Of a stretch of 64,000 nucleotides of DNA, positions 25,231 through 40,397 are shown piece by piece. A program made the translations under genes and the position numbers. The DNA comes from Octopus sinensis (lineage: Eukaryota). Position 1 is the stretch's first letter; each line of letters opens with the position of its first letter. The notes beneath the pieces are model-generated. The model saw only the letters and a program-made list of their open reading frames with translations. It searched no databases and was not told the DNA's origin. The DNA lies in assembly GCF_006345805.1 (NCBI RefSeq), contig NC_042998.1, positions 103,044,001 to 103,108,000 on the forward strand, read 5' to 3'.

Positions 25231-25989
25231 ATATCAGATAATATTGGTACTAGGTTTAATATATTTTTGTATAATTTACAAGTCTAACATTGCAATCTAT
25301 ATAGATGTGTGTATGTATGTCCTCTTCTGTTTTTAATTATGTAAAGTTTTCTGATAAGAAGAAACTAGTTTCTGATATAGATACAAAGCTTCATCTTTAT
25401 ACTCTAAATAACTAACATAATATATTAGGTGTTGATCTTCAGAACTTTATGCCCAGTTTTACTTTTCGGCTTAAAGACTGCAATTGTAATGTGTGCCAGC
25501 TGGTTGACTTATTTTTCTGAAAGCCCTTGTTTTTCAGATTCTCATTTTGAAAATTATAAACAAAACAATGTGCATCAATCATTATTGGTTTAAATATTAA
25601 TTCATAATCACGATATAAAAGCTAAAGGTTTCGAAGTGGTTATCCCTAGTTATCCTCTTTCTCTTTGATTTTACCATATCTAACATATTAACTATGCACT
25701 TGGTAGAATTTTTGCTGACTGTTACGCCAATATTCCTTGTATTGATGTTTATGTTGGTAAAGAATTACAAAGTGGAGTGGCATTGTATATTTTTTTATCG
25801 ACAACATCATGTGGCATTCAGTGTAGTATTTTTGATAGTTGCTAATCATGTCTATTATCTTCCACAGAAACGTAACGTAATCGCCTTATTTTGTTTGTAT
25901 TTTGTAGCTCAGAGAGCTTAAATACCGCCTTTGTTTATCTGATATTTTGTAGAAACCAGCAGACCTTGGATTGCAAACGCATAGCATTC

Positions 25990-26150
25990 GAAGTGTGATG
26001 TAGCAATAGCGAGTCCAAGAAAGGCTGCATTTCCTCTGTATATTAGTGTCATCTTCAAGTGTTCGGGAAACAAATCCGTGCTTCTTTTTTTTATTTTTTG
26101 GTATGTTACGCGTTTCACATCCAACTCTGCTTTGAGGTATGTTTGTTGAA
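25990..26150 (-). mobile_element. Possible CRE/NeSL-like RLE C-terminal remnant
   Basis: KRSTDLFPEHLKMTLIYRGNAAFLG resembles the QRGNAA motif at the end of such elements. Short and old. Confidence 0.3.
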
Positions 26151-26370
26151 TTATTTTGGGATTGTGTAGGAGGTCATCAGGAAAAGTGTACTTCTAAAGG
26201 CGCTCACTTCCGACTCGTAGGATGTTGTTCTCTTTACTTTTCAACATTAGCTTTATATACTTACATTTCCTACCGTCGTTTAGCAATTGCCGTGCGTCTG
26301 TATGTCTGTCTGTATGTATGTATGTATGTATGTATGTATGTATGTCTCGAGGTATGTACATATGCATGTT

Positions 26371-27617
26371 CGAGGGGTGGTCATTAAAGATTTTCCCTGA
26401 CACACTTCCTAGTGTTACAGGAAACGGAACTTGTACAGGTATAATTATACATGTCGCACTGTAAATTGCAGCTTTCCACTAGTAATCATTTGGGTTTTAT
26501 GGCTGCTGAAATGGACTAAGGAGTTATAACAGAAGTAGTTGAATGCAGGTAAGTTATCAAGTTCTTTTACTTGAAAGATCGTATACCGAAAGAGACTTTC
26601 GATGAGATGAAAGAAGTTTATTGGGACGATGCACTATCATACGACGTTGTCAAGCACTGGCATCGCCGGTTCAAATGTGGTCGGACGTCGATGAAAACTG
26701 TTCCTATTCTTGGACGACCACATTCCGCCATTAATGGCGACACCATCTATAAAGTGGAAGCTGCGATTTTGGAGGATCGCCGCATAACTATTAGGCAACT
26801 AACCCAAGAAATGAAAATAAGTGTAGGTCCGTGGAAAAAATCATTCACAACCATTTGCACATGCGGAAGTTGTCTGCACAATGGATATCCCAGATGCTCA
26901 CACATTTTCAGAAGCAGAAACGAATCGATTGTTTCCAGGATCATTTAGTAATGTGCCAAGAAAACGAGGAGGAATTTTTCGACAGACTTATCTCACAGGA
27001 TGAAACATGGGTCCATCACTATGTTTCTGAGACTAAGGTCTAGTCGAAGCAATGGGAGCATGATAACTCACCACCGCCGAAGAAGGCTCGTGTTGAATCC
27101 TCAGCAGCCAAAGTGGATCTGCGTGGAGTAGTGCTGATAGAGCTTCTGGCAAACGTCACTACAATTAACGGGGCATATTATGCTTTTCTGCTGCAGAAAT
27201 TGCGGGGCGCCATCAAAGCGAGAGCCGTAGCATGCTGGCCAAAGTAGTCCTCCTCCTCCAAAACAACGCCCTGTTCACAATACGCATGTTGCTCAGATGA
27301 AAGTACATTCATGCGCATATGAAATCCTTCTTCAAACCCGCTAGTCTCCCGACTTTGCACCATCTGACTTCTACAGCTTTCTAACCATGAAGTCTTTCTT
27401 GAAGGGGAAGCACTTTTCGGATGATGATGAACTTAATTTCGAGGTAAAGTCTTGCCTCCAGACGCAACCTACTGACTTCTACGGACGAGGTCTTCACGGC
27501 TGCATAAGGTGATGGGAGAAGTATGTCACCATTGGCGATGGCTATGATTATGCCAAGTTTCGTTTATCCCAATCCTTGGGAAGTGGGTAAGGGGAAATCT
27601 TTAATGAACAGCCCTTG
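26371..27617 (+). mobile_element. Full-length mariner transposon, transposase disrupted
   Basis: TIRs CGAGGGGTGGTCATTAAAGATTTTCCCT and GGGGAAATCTTTAATGAACAGCCCTTG, with TA on the right. Motifs VKHWHRRFKCG, DETWVHHY and PDFAPSDF. Inserted in (TATG)n. Confidence 0.92.
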
Positions 27618-27659
27618 TATGTATGTATGTATGTATGTATGTGTATGTATGTATGTATG

Positions 27660-27693
<34 letters not shown>

Positions 27694-27856
27694 TGTATAT
27701 ATGTATGCATGTATGTATGTGTGATACGGACACTGTGGTAAAAGTTTTGGTATTGCATATTTATGTCTATGTGTGTATGCAGTACGATAATTTACACACG
27801 AGAAAAAATAAAATAATCAATTACATCAGTTATAACATAAAAGAATAAAGAATAAA

Positions 27857-27892
<36 letters not shown>

Positions 27893-29476
27893 CAATTTGT
27901 TATTTCAGATCTTTAATCAACTCCGACATAAATAGAACTTTTGAAAAGGAGTAAGTGAAATTTATACGAACTAAGAGTGAATCAAGATCACAGTCAAATT
28001 TGAAATACATTCATCCACCCTTCAGCACAATCACAAAGACAAATACCATTTCATACATAACAATGAGACTTTCAGGTGACAATGATAGAGCCATAATGTT
28101 TGTGAAATAATTCATCACCATTTTTTACCTAGACACCACGTAACAAACAAATGAGGTGGAAATAATTACATGAATGGACTTTAATCATTCTGTCATATAC
28201 AAATTTATCGAACCGATTGAAGATCAAAAGCTCCTTTTTTCTAAATCAATGAAAGATTTAGCATTTTGTTTTAAATATGAAAAGATTATAAAAATAATTT
28301 TTATATATAAAACTGATATGGTTGCCTCTTGCTTTTAAATATATAGTGTACAAAAATAGTACATAGTCATCGTCAACCGTATTTCAGCCATTAAATCACG
28401 TCTTCATTTCAATCTACATTATTCAATGTTGTTTTTAAAAAACTAAGATGTGATTTGCAGAAGTTTTGGCTGCTATTGAGAATATATATTACTCCTTCAC
28501 TGGACTCTTTTTCAAATTTTGCTTTAGTCTTATTATTGATTTGCTTTCGGTTAAAATATATTATGAAATTTTAAGGCAAAAAAACTAGTCAGCTACAATT
28601 TGATGACAAATCAACAATAAAGCAAAGTATTTGCCAAGGCTTTACTTGTGCTGTAAAAATGTTTTGGCATGAATCAGAGATGTGGAGGTATTTACTGGAA
28701 TATGAGGATTGAAACTGAAATGCTCAATGAAAACTTCGCTAACAACCGGTTTAATTAGAGAGTTTTAATTAAAGATAATTGCACTATATATGATTATATC
28801 ATTGTGATTATAGCATTATATCATTTAATAAATGATAATACATTATACGTGTTAATGAAGTTAATTCTTTAAGAACTTCTGTTAAATTATGGTTAAGTCG
28901 GATGTTCGTAGCGTCAAGTTTATCTTATCCTATTTATATCACCATCCATGTCATCATAACACAAAATACCCGACAATTATACTATACTACATACGTACAC
29001 ACATGAATGCAGATATATGTGTATATATACGAGTATGTGCGTGTGACTAACCATGTTCACTGGCACGCGTGTGTGCAATTTGTGATAAAATATGTACATT
29101 CCAAGAGCACAGATCCAACGTCACTGTTAGATAATTTGATCCACTTGAATGAATAAATAGTTTTAGGACGTTGTGATGATGAAAGAGAAGTAGAATTTCC
29201 TTGATAGAATTTGTGGACGCGTGTGATATTTTATATGAGAGTAACAATTTTCTTAGAAATTACATCTAGTACGTAAAATACATGCCTAGACTGAAGAATA
29301 GGAGAAATGTGGTGAATTTGAAGGAGACATATGCCTCTTATATTGTTAATGTATTATATCATAGTAAATAACAGAAACAAATGTAGGTCTGTCAGTATAT
29401 TTCTGACTTTGTGATCATTGCTGGATATCAAGCAAATATTGCCTCTAAAATTATTGTTTACTTTGAAGAGTATGTT

Positions 29477-29912
29477 ACTCTTTACTCTTTTTACTCTTTT
29501 ACTTGTTTCAGTCATTTGACTGCGGCCATGCTGAAGCACCACATTTAGTCGAGCAAATTGACCCCAGGACTTATTCTTTGGAAGCCTAGTACTTATTCTA
29601 TCGGTATCTTTTGCCGAACCGCTAAGTTACGGGGACGTAAACACACCAGCATCGGTTGTCAAGCGATGCTGGGAGGACAAACACACACACACACACACAA
29701 AATATACACACACAAAATATACACACATACATATAATATATATATATATATATACGACGGGCTTCTTTCAGTTTCCGTCTACCAAATCCACTCACAAGGA
29801 CTTGGTCGGCCCGAGGCTATAGCAGAAGACACTTGCTCAAGGTGCCGCGCAGTCGTAATGAACCTGGAACCATGTGGTTTGTAAGCAAGCTACTTACCAT
29901 ACAGCCACTCCT
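29477..29912 (-). mobile_element. tRNA-derived SINE (family A, CORE-like)
   Basis: Reverse-complement homologue of the copies at 60219 and 63202, with a (GTAAAAGA)n tail. Confidence 0.9.
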
Positions 29913-30628
29913 TTTCTCTATTTCTATCTTTCATTCTAAGAGATACTTTGTGTTTTCTTGCTCTGAATCTATTGTAAATAGTTGGGTTTTTTTTTAATCT
30001 TTCGTTTAAAAATTAGTATACTTTTTCAATGAAATTCATAAAACCAGGCCTCTGCAAAATATTTAAATGTTGATAGTCAAATGTTTCTTGTAACACGCAA
30101 TAATATGAAATATATTGACACTATAACATAACGGATCTCAATACGTAAACAAGCAGGAAAAATGCTTCTAAAACATACATTTCGTCTGTTAACAACAACA
30201 TAGCCTCTCCCAATCAAAGCGGACCAAAAGAGCCCCGCACTAACTAAGTATCACCAAGTTCTTGATAAAAGATAATGAGAATAACAATGATTTGAAGAGG
30301 TTTAAAAGACAATGCAATGTAATAATGATCAAAAGAACGAAGGCTCACTATGCTGTGATGAAATTTACCACTGCTTTGGTATGATTAGTTTCAGGACTTA
30401 TTGTCCGTACCTCAAACGATTTTGCTGAATCTGTGTGTCTTCTTTACTAGTTTGATTCCGCCTACTCTCGCATATATCTACTCCTCTACACAACTAGGAT
30501 GACTCTTGTTGGTCGTTTGATCTGTAAGAAATACTAGCATCCATTCCCACTTCAATTTCAGCCAACTGGAAAAACACGAGTAACATATTCTTTATCTGAA
30601 GAAAAATTGCCAGATTCATCAGAAATTA

Positions 30629-31182
30629 TTGGGTTGTCCGGAAAGTTCGTGCCGATTTATAGTAGCTTAATTTCGACTTATTTTAGAACATGGTTGAGTC
30701 CATAAAATAGGATTTGACTACACCTTCATTTAGAGCACAGTTTAAGCTATCTCTTCGTGGAAGAAGATTTATGTTCCTATAACCTGTGTAAATTTTGTAA
30801 CCCTTTAAAATGGAAGATAAGAAAGTTCACTTTCGGCACTTGATGCTTTGGAACCAGACAAGAATTTGCTGCAGCTCGGCTGGGATGTAACACATATTCA
30901 CCAGATATTGCTCCTTCGGATTTTCATTTATTCAGGTCTCTGCAAAATAGTTTTAATAGTAAAAATTTCAATTGGATGACGTAAAATGATACCTTTCTGA
31001 ATGAATTATTTGCCATGTAACAACCTCAATTCTGGGAAGAGGGTATTTTCAAGTTAAAGGAAAGATGGAGACGCATTTTGTAACAAAATGGTTCATATTT
31101 GGTTGATTAAAAATGTAATAGCAGGTATTTATTGACCTTTTTCTTCCTTTAAAAATCGGCACGAACTTTCAGGGCAACCCAA
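30629..31182 (+). mobile_element. Non-autonomous mariner, copy 1
   Basis: TIRs TTGGGTTGTCCGGAAAGTTCGTGCCGATTT with TA on both sides. MEDKKVHFRHLML is joined to the C-terminal PDIAPSDFHLF. Confidence 0.92.
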
Positions 31183-31324
31183 TATATCATCCAATATACT
31201 ATATTTCTATATAATTTACGTATCCACGGAACCTTTGATATACTGAGCACTTCGTCGTTTACGACGACGAGTGTTCCATTTGATTTAACCAACGGAACAA
31301 TCTGCTTGTGTGCACTCCACAGAC

Positions 31325-31535
31325 ACACGTACACTTAACGTAGTTCTCAAGGCGATTCAGAGTGACACACCGAATGTGAAAAGGCTGAACTACAGGTACA
31401 ACTCATTTTGCCAGCTTAGTGAACTGGAGCAAGGAGAAATAGAGTGTCTTGCTCTAGGAGACAACACACAGCTAGGAATCGAACTCACAGCCTTACGATC
31501 GAGAGCCGAATACACTAACCACCGAGCCATGCGCT
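31325..31535 (-). mobile_element. tRNA-derived SINE (family C)
   Basis: A-box-like GGCTCGGTGGTTAG and B-box-like GAGTTCGATTCC on the minus strand; related to 59165-59380. Confidence 0.75.
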
Positions 31536-34500
31536 TTCACTTTTGATATACTATTGTTAATTTTTTTGTAGCAAATTCAAACAAATATACGCAGAAAATA
31601 GCTTAACATGAAATACTTCTTTTACAATATTAGTATAACTTTATGAACATGTTACCGACTTGTATACGAATATTTTTAGCTGTCTATGGAATATGTAAAC
31701 AAATAGACACATCACTAAATCTCACATTGGCTTTCATGAACCTAAGCGTATATTATCATTTTATAAATAGATTGCCAGTGGGATTTTGTAATAATTGTTC
31801 TTGCTAGATACTTCTATCAACATTTTAAAATTCTAATCAGGTAAAATGTTAACAATATATACATAATTCTTCACCACTGGCGTTTCATATAGTTCTAGTT
31901 TTATTTTAGTTATATTATTCATAAATATTGAAATGTTGCAAATCCTGCTTCAATATGTCAATCGAGAAGAACAATAAATATAATCCTATGAGAAAAATAA
32001 CAGTGATTTAATGAAAATGAAAATAAAAGCCAACATATTGAAATATTACATGCATGTAATTTCTAAATCTCTTTAGCTTGTCAAGTCTTTGTTGCCGTAT
32101 CTGCTGTGTCCCATCTCAACACAATAAAATAACAAAAGCCATTTTTCAGTTAAACATTTTAGGTATTTGCAAGGCGTCTGGGAAATATTTTGCAACAACA
32201 ATAGCGGGCGAAATACAACATTTAATGAAGCTGAGTATAACAATTTTGTGCATCGTGTTGACAAATATCGATAGATCGATATCTGCAACTTGCATTTATT
32301 ATTGATTTCGATAATATAAAATACTATCCAGTCAAATGACATGAAGTAATTAGTCATCTAATGGTCATTGATTTCTCAAAGCAATTGCAAAAGTGAGTAC
32401 ATGCTGCATTTTTACCAATGTTAGCCGGGTGTCATTGTCATGTCAAGTGCAGTTTGATTCTAAAGATGAAAATTGCTTTGGATATTCCACAAAGGGAAAA
32501 AATACAAAAGTTTCCAATATAAAAATAAAGTCAATAAATCTTGAGGATAAATGGAGTCGAATTAATTGGCCTAAATATTTCGGTAGCAGTTATTTTATGA
32601 ACCAATAGAAAAGGGAAATCGAACTCAAGCGCATTATAATTGCAACTCAAAGCTTAAAAAACAAAAACAAAATAATACGGAGAATAAACTAGCCTAGAAA
32701 ATAACAAGCCTAAAAAATCTAGTTTGAAGAAACATTATTAAAAGGTATTGAGATGTTGTAAAACTTTTTCAACTGACAAGATATAAAGAGCACGAAAAAT
32801 TTTCGACACACAGCATTACCATAAACTATAACCGCTGTGTTACATCGTAAGAGCAGTATTTCATTTATGAGGACAATCGTGAGGAAAGGTTTACTCACTG
32901 ATGCAGAAACAGTAAGTTTGATTAGTCCCAGAATGTGCTATGGTAGGGATACATATGATTGAAAACAATTCTGCCATTAGCTAGCATAAACTTATGCAGA
33001 GTTGAGGCCATGGAACGAATTGTGATGGGAGTAAGGGATATTCATTGGAGAAACAACTTATTATTTGGTGTATAATGTTGATTGTATTGAAATTTATGTC
33101 AATGTTACAACAAATCCAACATCTAAATGCATGTATAAACAAAACTTAAAAGAGAAAAGTTGAGTTCAGGTTATGACCATGTAAGATATGGGGATACTGC
33201 TGAATGGCAAAACATGCTTGGAGATTGACGGTTTATACAGTAAACATCATAATGAGAAACTCAGAAATCGTTTTTCAAATAGTTATTAGCGTATGTAATT
33301 CTTGTGGAGTTAGTTACAATGAATGATAAATTATTCCTAAAAGAAAATATAACAAATCGAGAAGTAAAGATACCAAGAGGTAACCATTCAAATTTCGGAA
33401 ACTAGAAAAAGACAAATAGTGAAGATTAATGCAAATAATACAGGGTACATTTTATATTTTAAATGTCTTGGCCCGTAGTTGATGTTGCTTACAGGTGCTC
33501 ATTTTATGCAATGATGTAAATTTGAAGCAGTCCATATTGAAAGGAAAACAAAATATCACCTTTTCTATTCTTTTTTTAATTGTTTACTCCACATTCAAAA
33601 AGACGGTGCTTTAATTGACATGAATAAAAGAGTTGTGCATCAACTATAATACTCTATGCCAGATAGTACGGGTAACAACACATATAATCAAGACATAAAA
33701 AAGGCTGACAATTTTTACGTAATACTCGGCATATATTAAGCATTAAAATTGTAAAGACTAAAGGACGAACTCCTTTGATAATCCCAATGTAACTAAACTG
33801 AAAACATTATACGCTCATGCATAAACTAAATCATATTAACAATTAAAACAAAAATTATAAACAAAACATTATCTTTGGATATTAAAATATCAATATTTAT
33901 TTTCATATCTATTTTCATGGTTGGTTACTTGCCTAAAATTATGTAAACATTAGTTGAGAAAATTTCAAATATTCCTTAAGGTTTCATATATTATAATAAA
34001 ACGCAAAAGCATCTAAATGTATTTTTTAAAAATATATTTGCTTCAAAATATGAACATTATATGCAAATTTATTTATTTCAGTAGATTTACACAGTAATTA
34101 AAACATATAATTCTGTAATTAAACTCAAGTTTAATTAGAATTCGACTGAGTGAATATTGTAAAATTTCTAAGATACTCCTATGACCTTTTGTTATTAATC
34201 ATCGGCCATTGAAATCCAAATATAAGCTCCGTTGTAAATTATCTGTGAAATATTTCATGAAATTTAATTTCATAATCAAAATAATGTTTATCACATAAAT
34301 AAAAATATTCTACAAATTATAAAAGACCAGCCTAACTACTAAAAAGCAATTGTAAGCGGCGTAATCTCATGTTTTCGAATTCCAAATTTGTTCGTTTATA
34401 CTTCCCAAATCATATATGTATTGCATTTATGAAATTTTATATTTAAAGTACATTTTTGTATCCACGTACTTAAATTTATAAAAAAACCGAAACACATTTC

Positions 34501-35929
34501 GTTAGACGTGTCTCTTAGGATGTATGGGGTGTTTCTTTCGATGTACAGTTATGTTCATCACTCTCTCTATCCTTTTCGCTCCCTCATACATACATGAATA
34601 CTATTAATGGATGGAATGAAATGGGAGAATCGTGCAAGAGGAATTATCTGATATTTTAAAGATTTCAGAGATATAGATTCTATTATTTATTTTTTAATTA
34701 TAAATTGCGTTTAAATAATGACGTTGATTATCAATATGAAGTATAAAGACTGTGGTTCTCATTAGAACGATTGTAAACCTCGACATAAAACTTGACAGAG
34801 ATTGAAGCGATATATACGAAACGAAATCAACTATTCTCCAGACCACATTCAAATCTTATTTATAAAACGAAACATCATAACAATCAGAATTTACTATTGT
34901 TGTACCATTCAAATTTTTTTATTATTTACAAACAATACACAGTGATTCAAACGAGCTACAATACTCTCCAATTTAAACAGAATTTCCTATGCGCTATGTT
35001 ACTGTGTTTTATAAGTTTTATTTTTATATTGTATGAGCAATGTTGATTAAAAATATAATAAACTCCACTTCTGTTTACAAAATGACATATAGTTTATGGT
35101 TGAAATATTTCATTTCAAATAAGAATTCAGTCGTAAAATTTCATTAGTTTGAAAATGAATCAAAGAAATCGACAAAATGGATGGAGACCAGCGGTATCAT
35201 CTATTAGTAATAGTGCATTAGCATAAAGAAGGACGTTAAATGGAATGTTAAATTGCATTGAGAAAAATCTGGCCAATCCAGCCAGAAACCATTAATTAGG
35301 AAGTGTTGTGAAATAAGATGTGTCTACTGCTTAAATTTATAAAAGACTAATTCCGAATTCTTCATTGCATTATGGCTAAGGTATGAATTGCTGCCTCCAA
35401 TAATGTATGAACAGTAATAGAAGTAACATCGAACAATTGATTTTGTCACAACTTCATTATAACAAAATATTGAACAAATCTTGCAAGAGAATATCTACTT
35501 ATTTAGTTGTTGACTTTTTTTTTCAGTTTTCGCTAATTTTTACTTGAAAATTTGTTTTTAGAAATACTTTATTTTTTAATTTTTGTTTTTTGGGGAACAC
35601 GATTCCCTTTCTGATATGACCTGAATAAATAGCTACATCGATATATCTCAATAAACTCAATAATGGTATGTACAGAATAATAATGAAAACTCTTTATTTG
35701 TGTTTGAATGCATCTGCTTATCGGTTTTGTCGATGATGCATATATCCTTCACCGATACACATCGGCGAATGACACATCAGTTTACAGGAGAATACGCTGG
35801 CGCACGCGTATAGTTTTGAAACCCATATATTATTCTTGATTCAATGCACAATGCGAAAACAACAATTCTTATGAATTTCAGCAATAGGAAGATCTATTCT
35901 TGTTTATGTACATTGTTAAATGAACCATC

Positions 35930-38760
35930 ACTGACAAGGCCAGTTGACTGAAGTAGTCAATAATTATTCACTGCGAAATTTTAAATATTTCGTTTTAATA
36001 AATACAACTTTCTAACAGAGTATATAGATACTCTCTTCATATTCTAGAAAAGTTTTCATTATATTCAGCTCAAATACCCATCATCCGATACTAACACACT
36101 AGTACATAAATCTGTACCGCAGGAAAATATTTCAATTATAAACTGTAGTTATGAGATGTAGCTATCCAGTAGCAGATTGCTCTTGGAACAATCAATGGAT
36201 AATGGCAGGATCGTCTCTACAACGAAAGATTCTGAGAATCCAGGAGTACGCCCCTGAGGCCCATGCCGATTTAGTTATGTAAGCATGTCAGCTGAAGCTG
36301 TTGTCAACAGTTACTCCGAGGTCCACAGCGGAATTTTTGTCTGATGTTTTCTCCCAGATTTTTTAGGATGTCAACAAAGTGATGCAGGTATGAGTTGAGC
36401 AGGCCTGCCATTGCTGAAACCACACTGGTTGGGTATAGTTAGGCTATTACTTTCTAAGAAATGAGATACTCATGATCTCACCACACTCTCAAATAATTTT
36501 ATGATACAGGAGCTGAGATCGGTCGGTTATTCACTGCCAGAGATTTGTTGAACAAACGACTGGGTGAGATTTTCAGGAAAGTGACCAGCGTCAAATGAGT
36601 TCCCCCATAGAATAGCTAAAAGGTATACCAGTTGAAGACGACACTCCTTCAAACTCTATCGGGGAAGCCATCGGCCTGCACTCGGGTTGTTTGTAATTTT
36701 TTTAATCGCTCCTATTATATCCCAGGCACCAAATGATATATCGGATAGGGTACACTTGGGATCCGTTTCAGCGATGCTGTCAGTATTATTCACGTTTTCT
36801 GTACCACTATACAAAATGCCATCTTCACCTATTGGAGATCCAAAAGATGAGACAGTGACCTTATATTCAATGATGAATGCAAAAAACACTTTGGGATTGA
36901 CTTTTATTTTCTGAATGGCCTACTTTTCTTCTGCTATTCTTTCACTACCGATGATAGTCTTCATGCAGTTTCGATATGTTGCTTTGATTCCAATAAAGCT
37001 GTATCAGTCAAGTGCAGGCGTTGCAGCTGGCAATGTTTTAGCCGATTGATTTTTTGATTAATCTTTTTTTATAAGTTGTCTTCTGCCAGGATGTACTGAT
37101 GCTACTGGGGCTGAGAGAGATTGAAATACCAATCAATGAGAGACATATCGTGTCTCTCATAATGCAGTTAGCATTATGTAGATCAATGAGATCGAAAGAA
37201 GCAAGATCCTTCTGCGTCACATTTGTTTGCCTGAATCACAAACTACAGAGAACTACATCGTGGTCGAAAGGAGAATTTTTTTCTACTGTAATACTGTGGA
37301 TAGTATTAGTGTCGTTCCTAAGCACTAAGTTTAATTTGTTTTTTGTTGAATCTCACTGGCGCAGCACAAGAAGGAACAAGGAAAATTCTTTCATGTATTT
37401 GAGGTGTGATTCCCCTGCTGCATTCTCTGAAGCTGAAATGCACACACCAGTCTTCAAAGTATGAGTAGACCAGTCAGTGCACGGGGAAAAATGTCACCCA
37501 TTATTAAAATATTATCAAACTGATATTGTTCAGTGAAAGACTTTAATATTCACGAAGCATTCGTTGAAGCACAGTAGTGGCGCTGGGGTTGTCCTGTAAT
37601 GCCCAATTATTACTAAATCATTAGTTTTGTATACGCAGACACTGATACACAAAAGCCATTTGGTGAATGAGACATTTGTATCTGCTGTAAATGAGTCGTG
37701 TAGAAAAATAACCTCTCCTCACTTTCTTCTACCAGTGCGCTCTGTATGAATGGTGGTATAATTCCTCACCTTTACATTATCATCCAAGTCCTAGTTGTTA
37801 AGGTGAACCTCAGCAAGGACCAAGAAAGGAATGTGATAAGCCATGAATTAACTGATCCTTCCATATTTTTTAATTGAAAGGTGGGCTGATGCCTGGTGCA
37901 TTCGGCAAACATGTTGAGACTGGAGTAGTGTTCGAAAGAGACGTATGGCTTATTGGTAGCTATATAATAGCTCCGATACTTTTTTTAAATCTCCTTTGCA
38001 AGGTTCCGCATGGATAAAAAAGAGTTTTAATTGTTAGTGGAACTTTGATGGCTGAAATTGTGGTTACACTGACAGTTTTGCAGGTTGTTTGATTTGTTAG
38101 AGTTCCTACTGAATGTCTCCAGTCTTCTGAGTTGGTGGGACAATTTGTGCCGGAGCTGGTGATTTTGTTTTTCTATTTGTACTTCCAGAGTTTTCTCTTC
38201 GTACTAGAGTTGTGGGATAAGTGCATGCAGGTATTACTGAAACAGGGAGAGTTTTATGGAGATTTTGAAGATGGCCGGCCGTGTTGTTTTTACGGTAGGT
38301 TGAGTCCTGGGCAGATGTGTAAACATACAATCTCGCTGTAGAACCGTAGACATAATCACCCATGTTGGGAATAGCAGCAGATTTTAGCATTACCAATTGA
38401 TTTTGATTCTGGAGTTGGTGTTGTTGCAGCAGTTATAGCAGAAATACTATGGTTGGAATTGCTTTTATTAGTTGAACGCCTTGTTCCTGAGAGATAACTG
38501 AGATTGCATTCACGATATATTCATAGTCTCGCGAGTAAAGAATGGCGGCGCGGCAAACTTTTGGATTATGATGTAGACGTGTGGGTGTTTTTAAGTAGCA
38601 GTAAACTGTAAATAGTTTTTTGTTTACGTTTTTCTTACCTTGGTGATAATGGGAAAATGGAGGTTGCACACGAATAAGGAAGATGCGGTTCAGGCTGGAC
38701 ACTGATAGGACTAGTTGAGTTTGAGATGTTCGGGCAGCGGTGGTAGGTGAGGGAGAATGA
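35930..38760 (-). mobile_element. CR1-clade LINE, old, RT core deleted
   Basis: Minus strand: Cys/His-rich ORF1 remnants (~38100-38650), APE-like region (~37500-38000), DIIGAIKKI..PSAG, NQCGF, then a jump to C-terminal ILRIFR-like sequence. Confidence 0.65.
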
Positions 38761-38835
38761 AGGAGTGGTTATGCTTAGTCAAAGGCAGACGAAGAAAGGA
38801 GTGGTTCAGGTTGTCCACTGATAGGAGTCATACAG

Positions 38836-38867
<32 letters not shown>

Positions 38868-38959
38868 AGAAGAAGAAGAAGAAGAAGAAGAAGAAGAGAA
38901 GAAGAAGAAGAAGAAGAAGAAGAAGAAGAAGAAGAAGAAGAAGAAGAAGAAGAAGAAGA
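38836..38959. repeat. (CAG)n(AAG)n microsatellite
   Basis: Directly visible. Confidence 0.95.
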
Positions 38960-40363
38960 ATACGCAATAGTTGTACAAAATGAGTTCTGCTTTAACTGTT
39001 TAGAGCACATCTATCCTCATTAGATTTCCTCCTCTTTTTTTTCATCCCCCCCCCCACTTGTATGCCCATTCTAATGTCACAGAATAGGTCTGCTAGCTAG
39101 CATCGATGATGATGGTATTGAATCTTTTGTGGTATGGTGGCTTGGAGATCTATGTTTTAACGGTCGTCCTTGTGGCTCTTGTTGCTGCTGTGGTAGTTGT
39201 AATTGTTGTTGCTGTTGCTTTTGTTACTACTGCTCGTTGCCGGCTGTAGTTATGAAAAATTTAAAAAGGCAAAGATGGCCTTAGTGTCACTTGAACATAA
39301 AAATATAAATAGACTCAACTAATACAGCAATTCATTATGTCCAAAGCTAAACTCTAATAGTAATACTTTCTTATACATGTACACTGTCATAAATTTGGGG
39401 GTAGGAGGCAGTCGATTAAATTTACTTCAGTACTCATCAATACTTTATTTTATCAACCTTAGAAGGAGGAAAAATTAAAATACCGGACAACCAAAAATAT
39501 AAAAAATAAGCAGATAATATAAAATGATTACAGTGATGATGGCTACTTCATACATTATTCCTCATACATAGAATAATAGGTGCACACGAGCAGATTTTTT
39601 CACGGGGTTGATTACGGTACAATATGAAGCTACAATTTGCTTCAGACTGTTTTGAATGTGCCTTTCGTGACGGTTATTATGAAGGTGAACAACTCTTTTG
39701 GCAATGAGATTTATACATGGAACAGAGACGTTTTCATTTTGTGAAAGAATAAACCATGCGTTAATGAGAATGTTGATTTCACTGTCAAACCAATTGCAAT
39801 GATATTTGACGTGACTGTTTGCACTGTGAAATGCTTCCTTTTTTTTATCAGTTTGGGTTTATAATGTTGGGTTCTGAATCACACCCGAATGGCAAATAAA
39901 ATATGCAAATTATAAACAAAATATTTGCTTCGTGGGAATAGTCAAGGATATTCGTGTACATTACAATATTGAAAAATTTGTCATTAAAATATCGTGTAAA
40001 TTTGTGTGTAGTTCTTAATAGAAATATTGTGTATTTATGAATATATGAATATATGCGTATAGAATATTGTGTGCTTACTGTACAAAATAATCAAAAATGT
40101 AAAGAATTCAAGGCTTCAAAATAAGAGACACACGTAGAATCATAGCATATCTGCTGGCAATCGATTCTTGAATTGAGAACGACGTATGAATGACAGTTCT
40201 GTCGTTCGAGTGAGTGATCTGATCCACTCAGCGAATCAGCGTAAAAATCGTGGTTGAGTATTCCACAGACACGCGTTCTCTTAACGTAATTATCACGTAC
40301 AATTAACATGACAAACATCTTAACCATTCCTGCTGAGAATGTGTCCATCTATGTGCGTGAATT

Positions 40364-40397
<34 letters not shown>

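Noticed and set aside
39560-39860. ~95-codon stop-free frame on the minus strand
   Set aside because: No start codon, no recognisable domain and no convincing splice sites; such frames are expected by chance in 64 kb.
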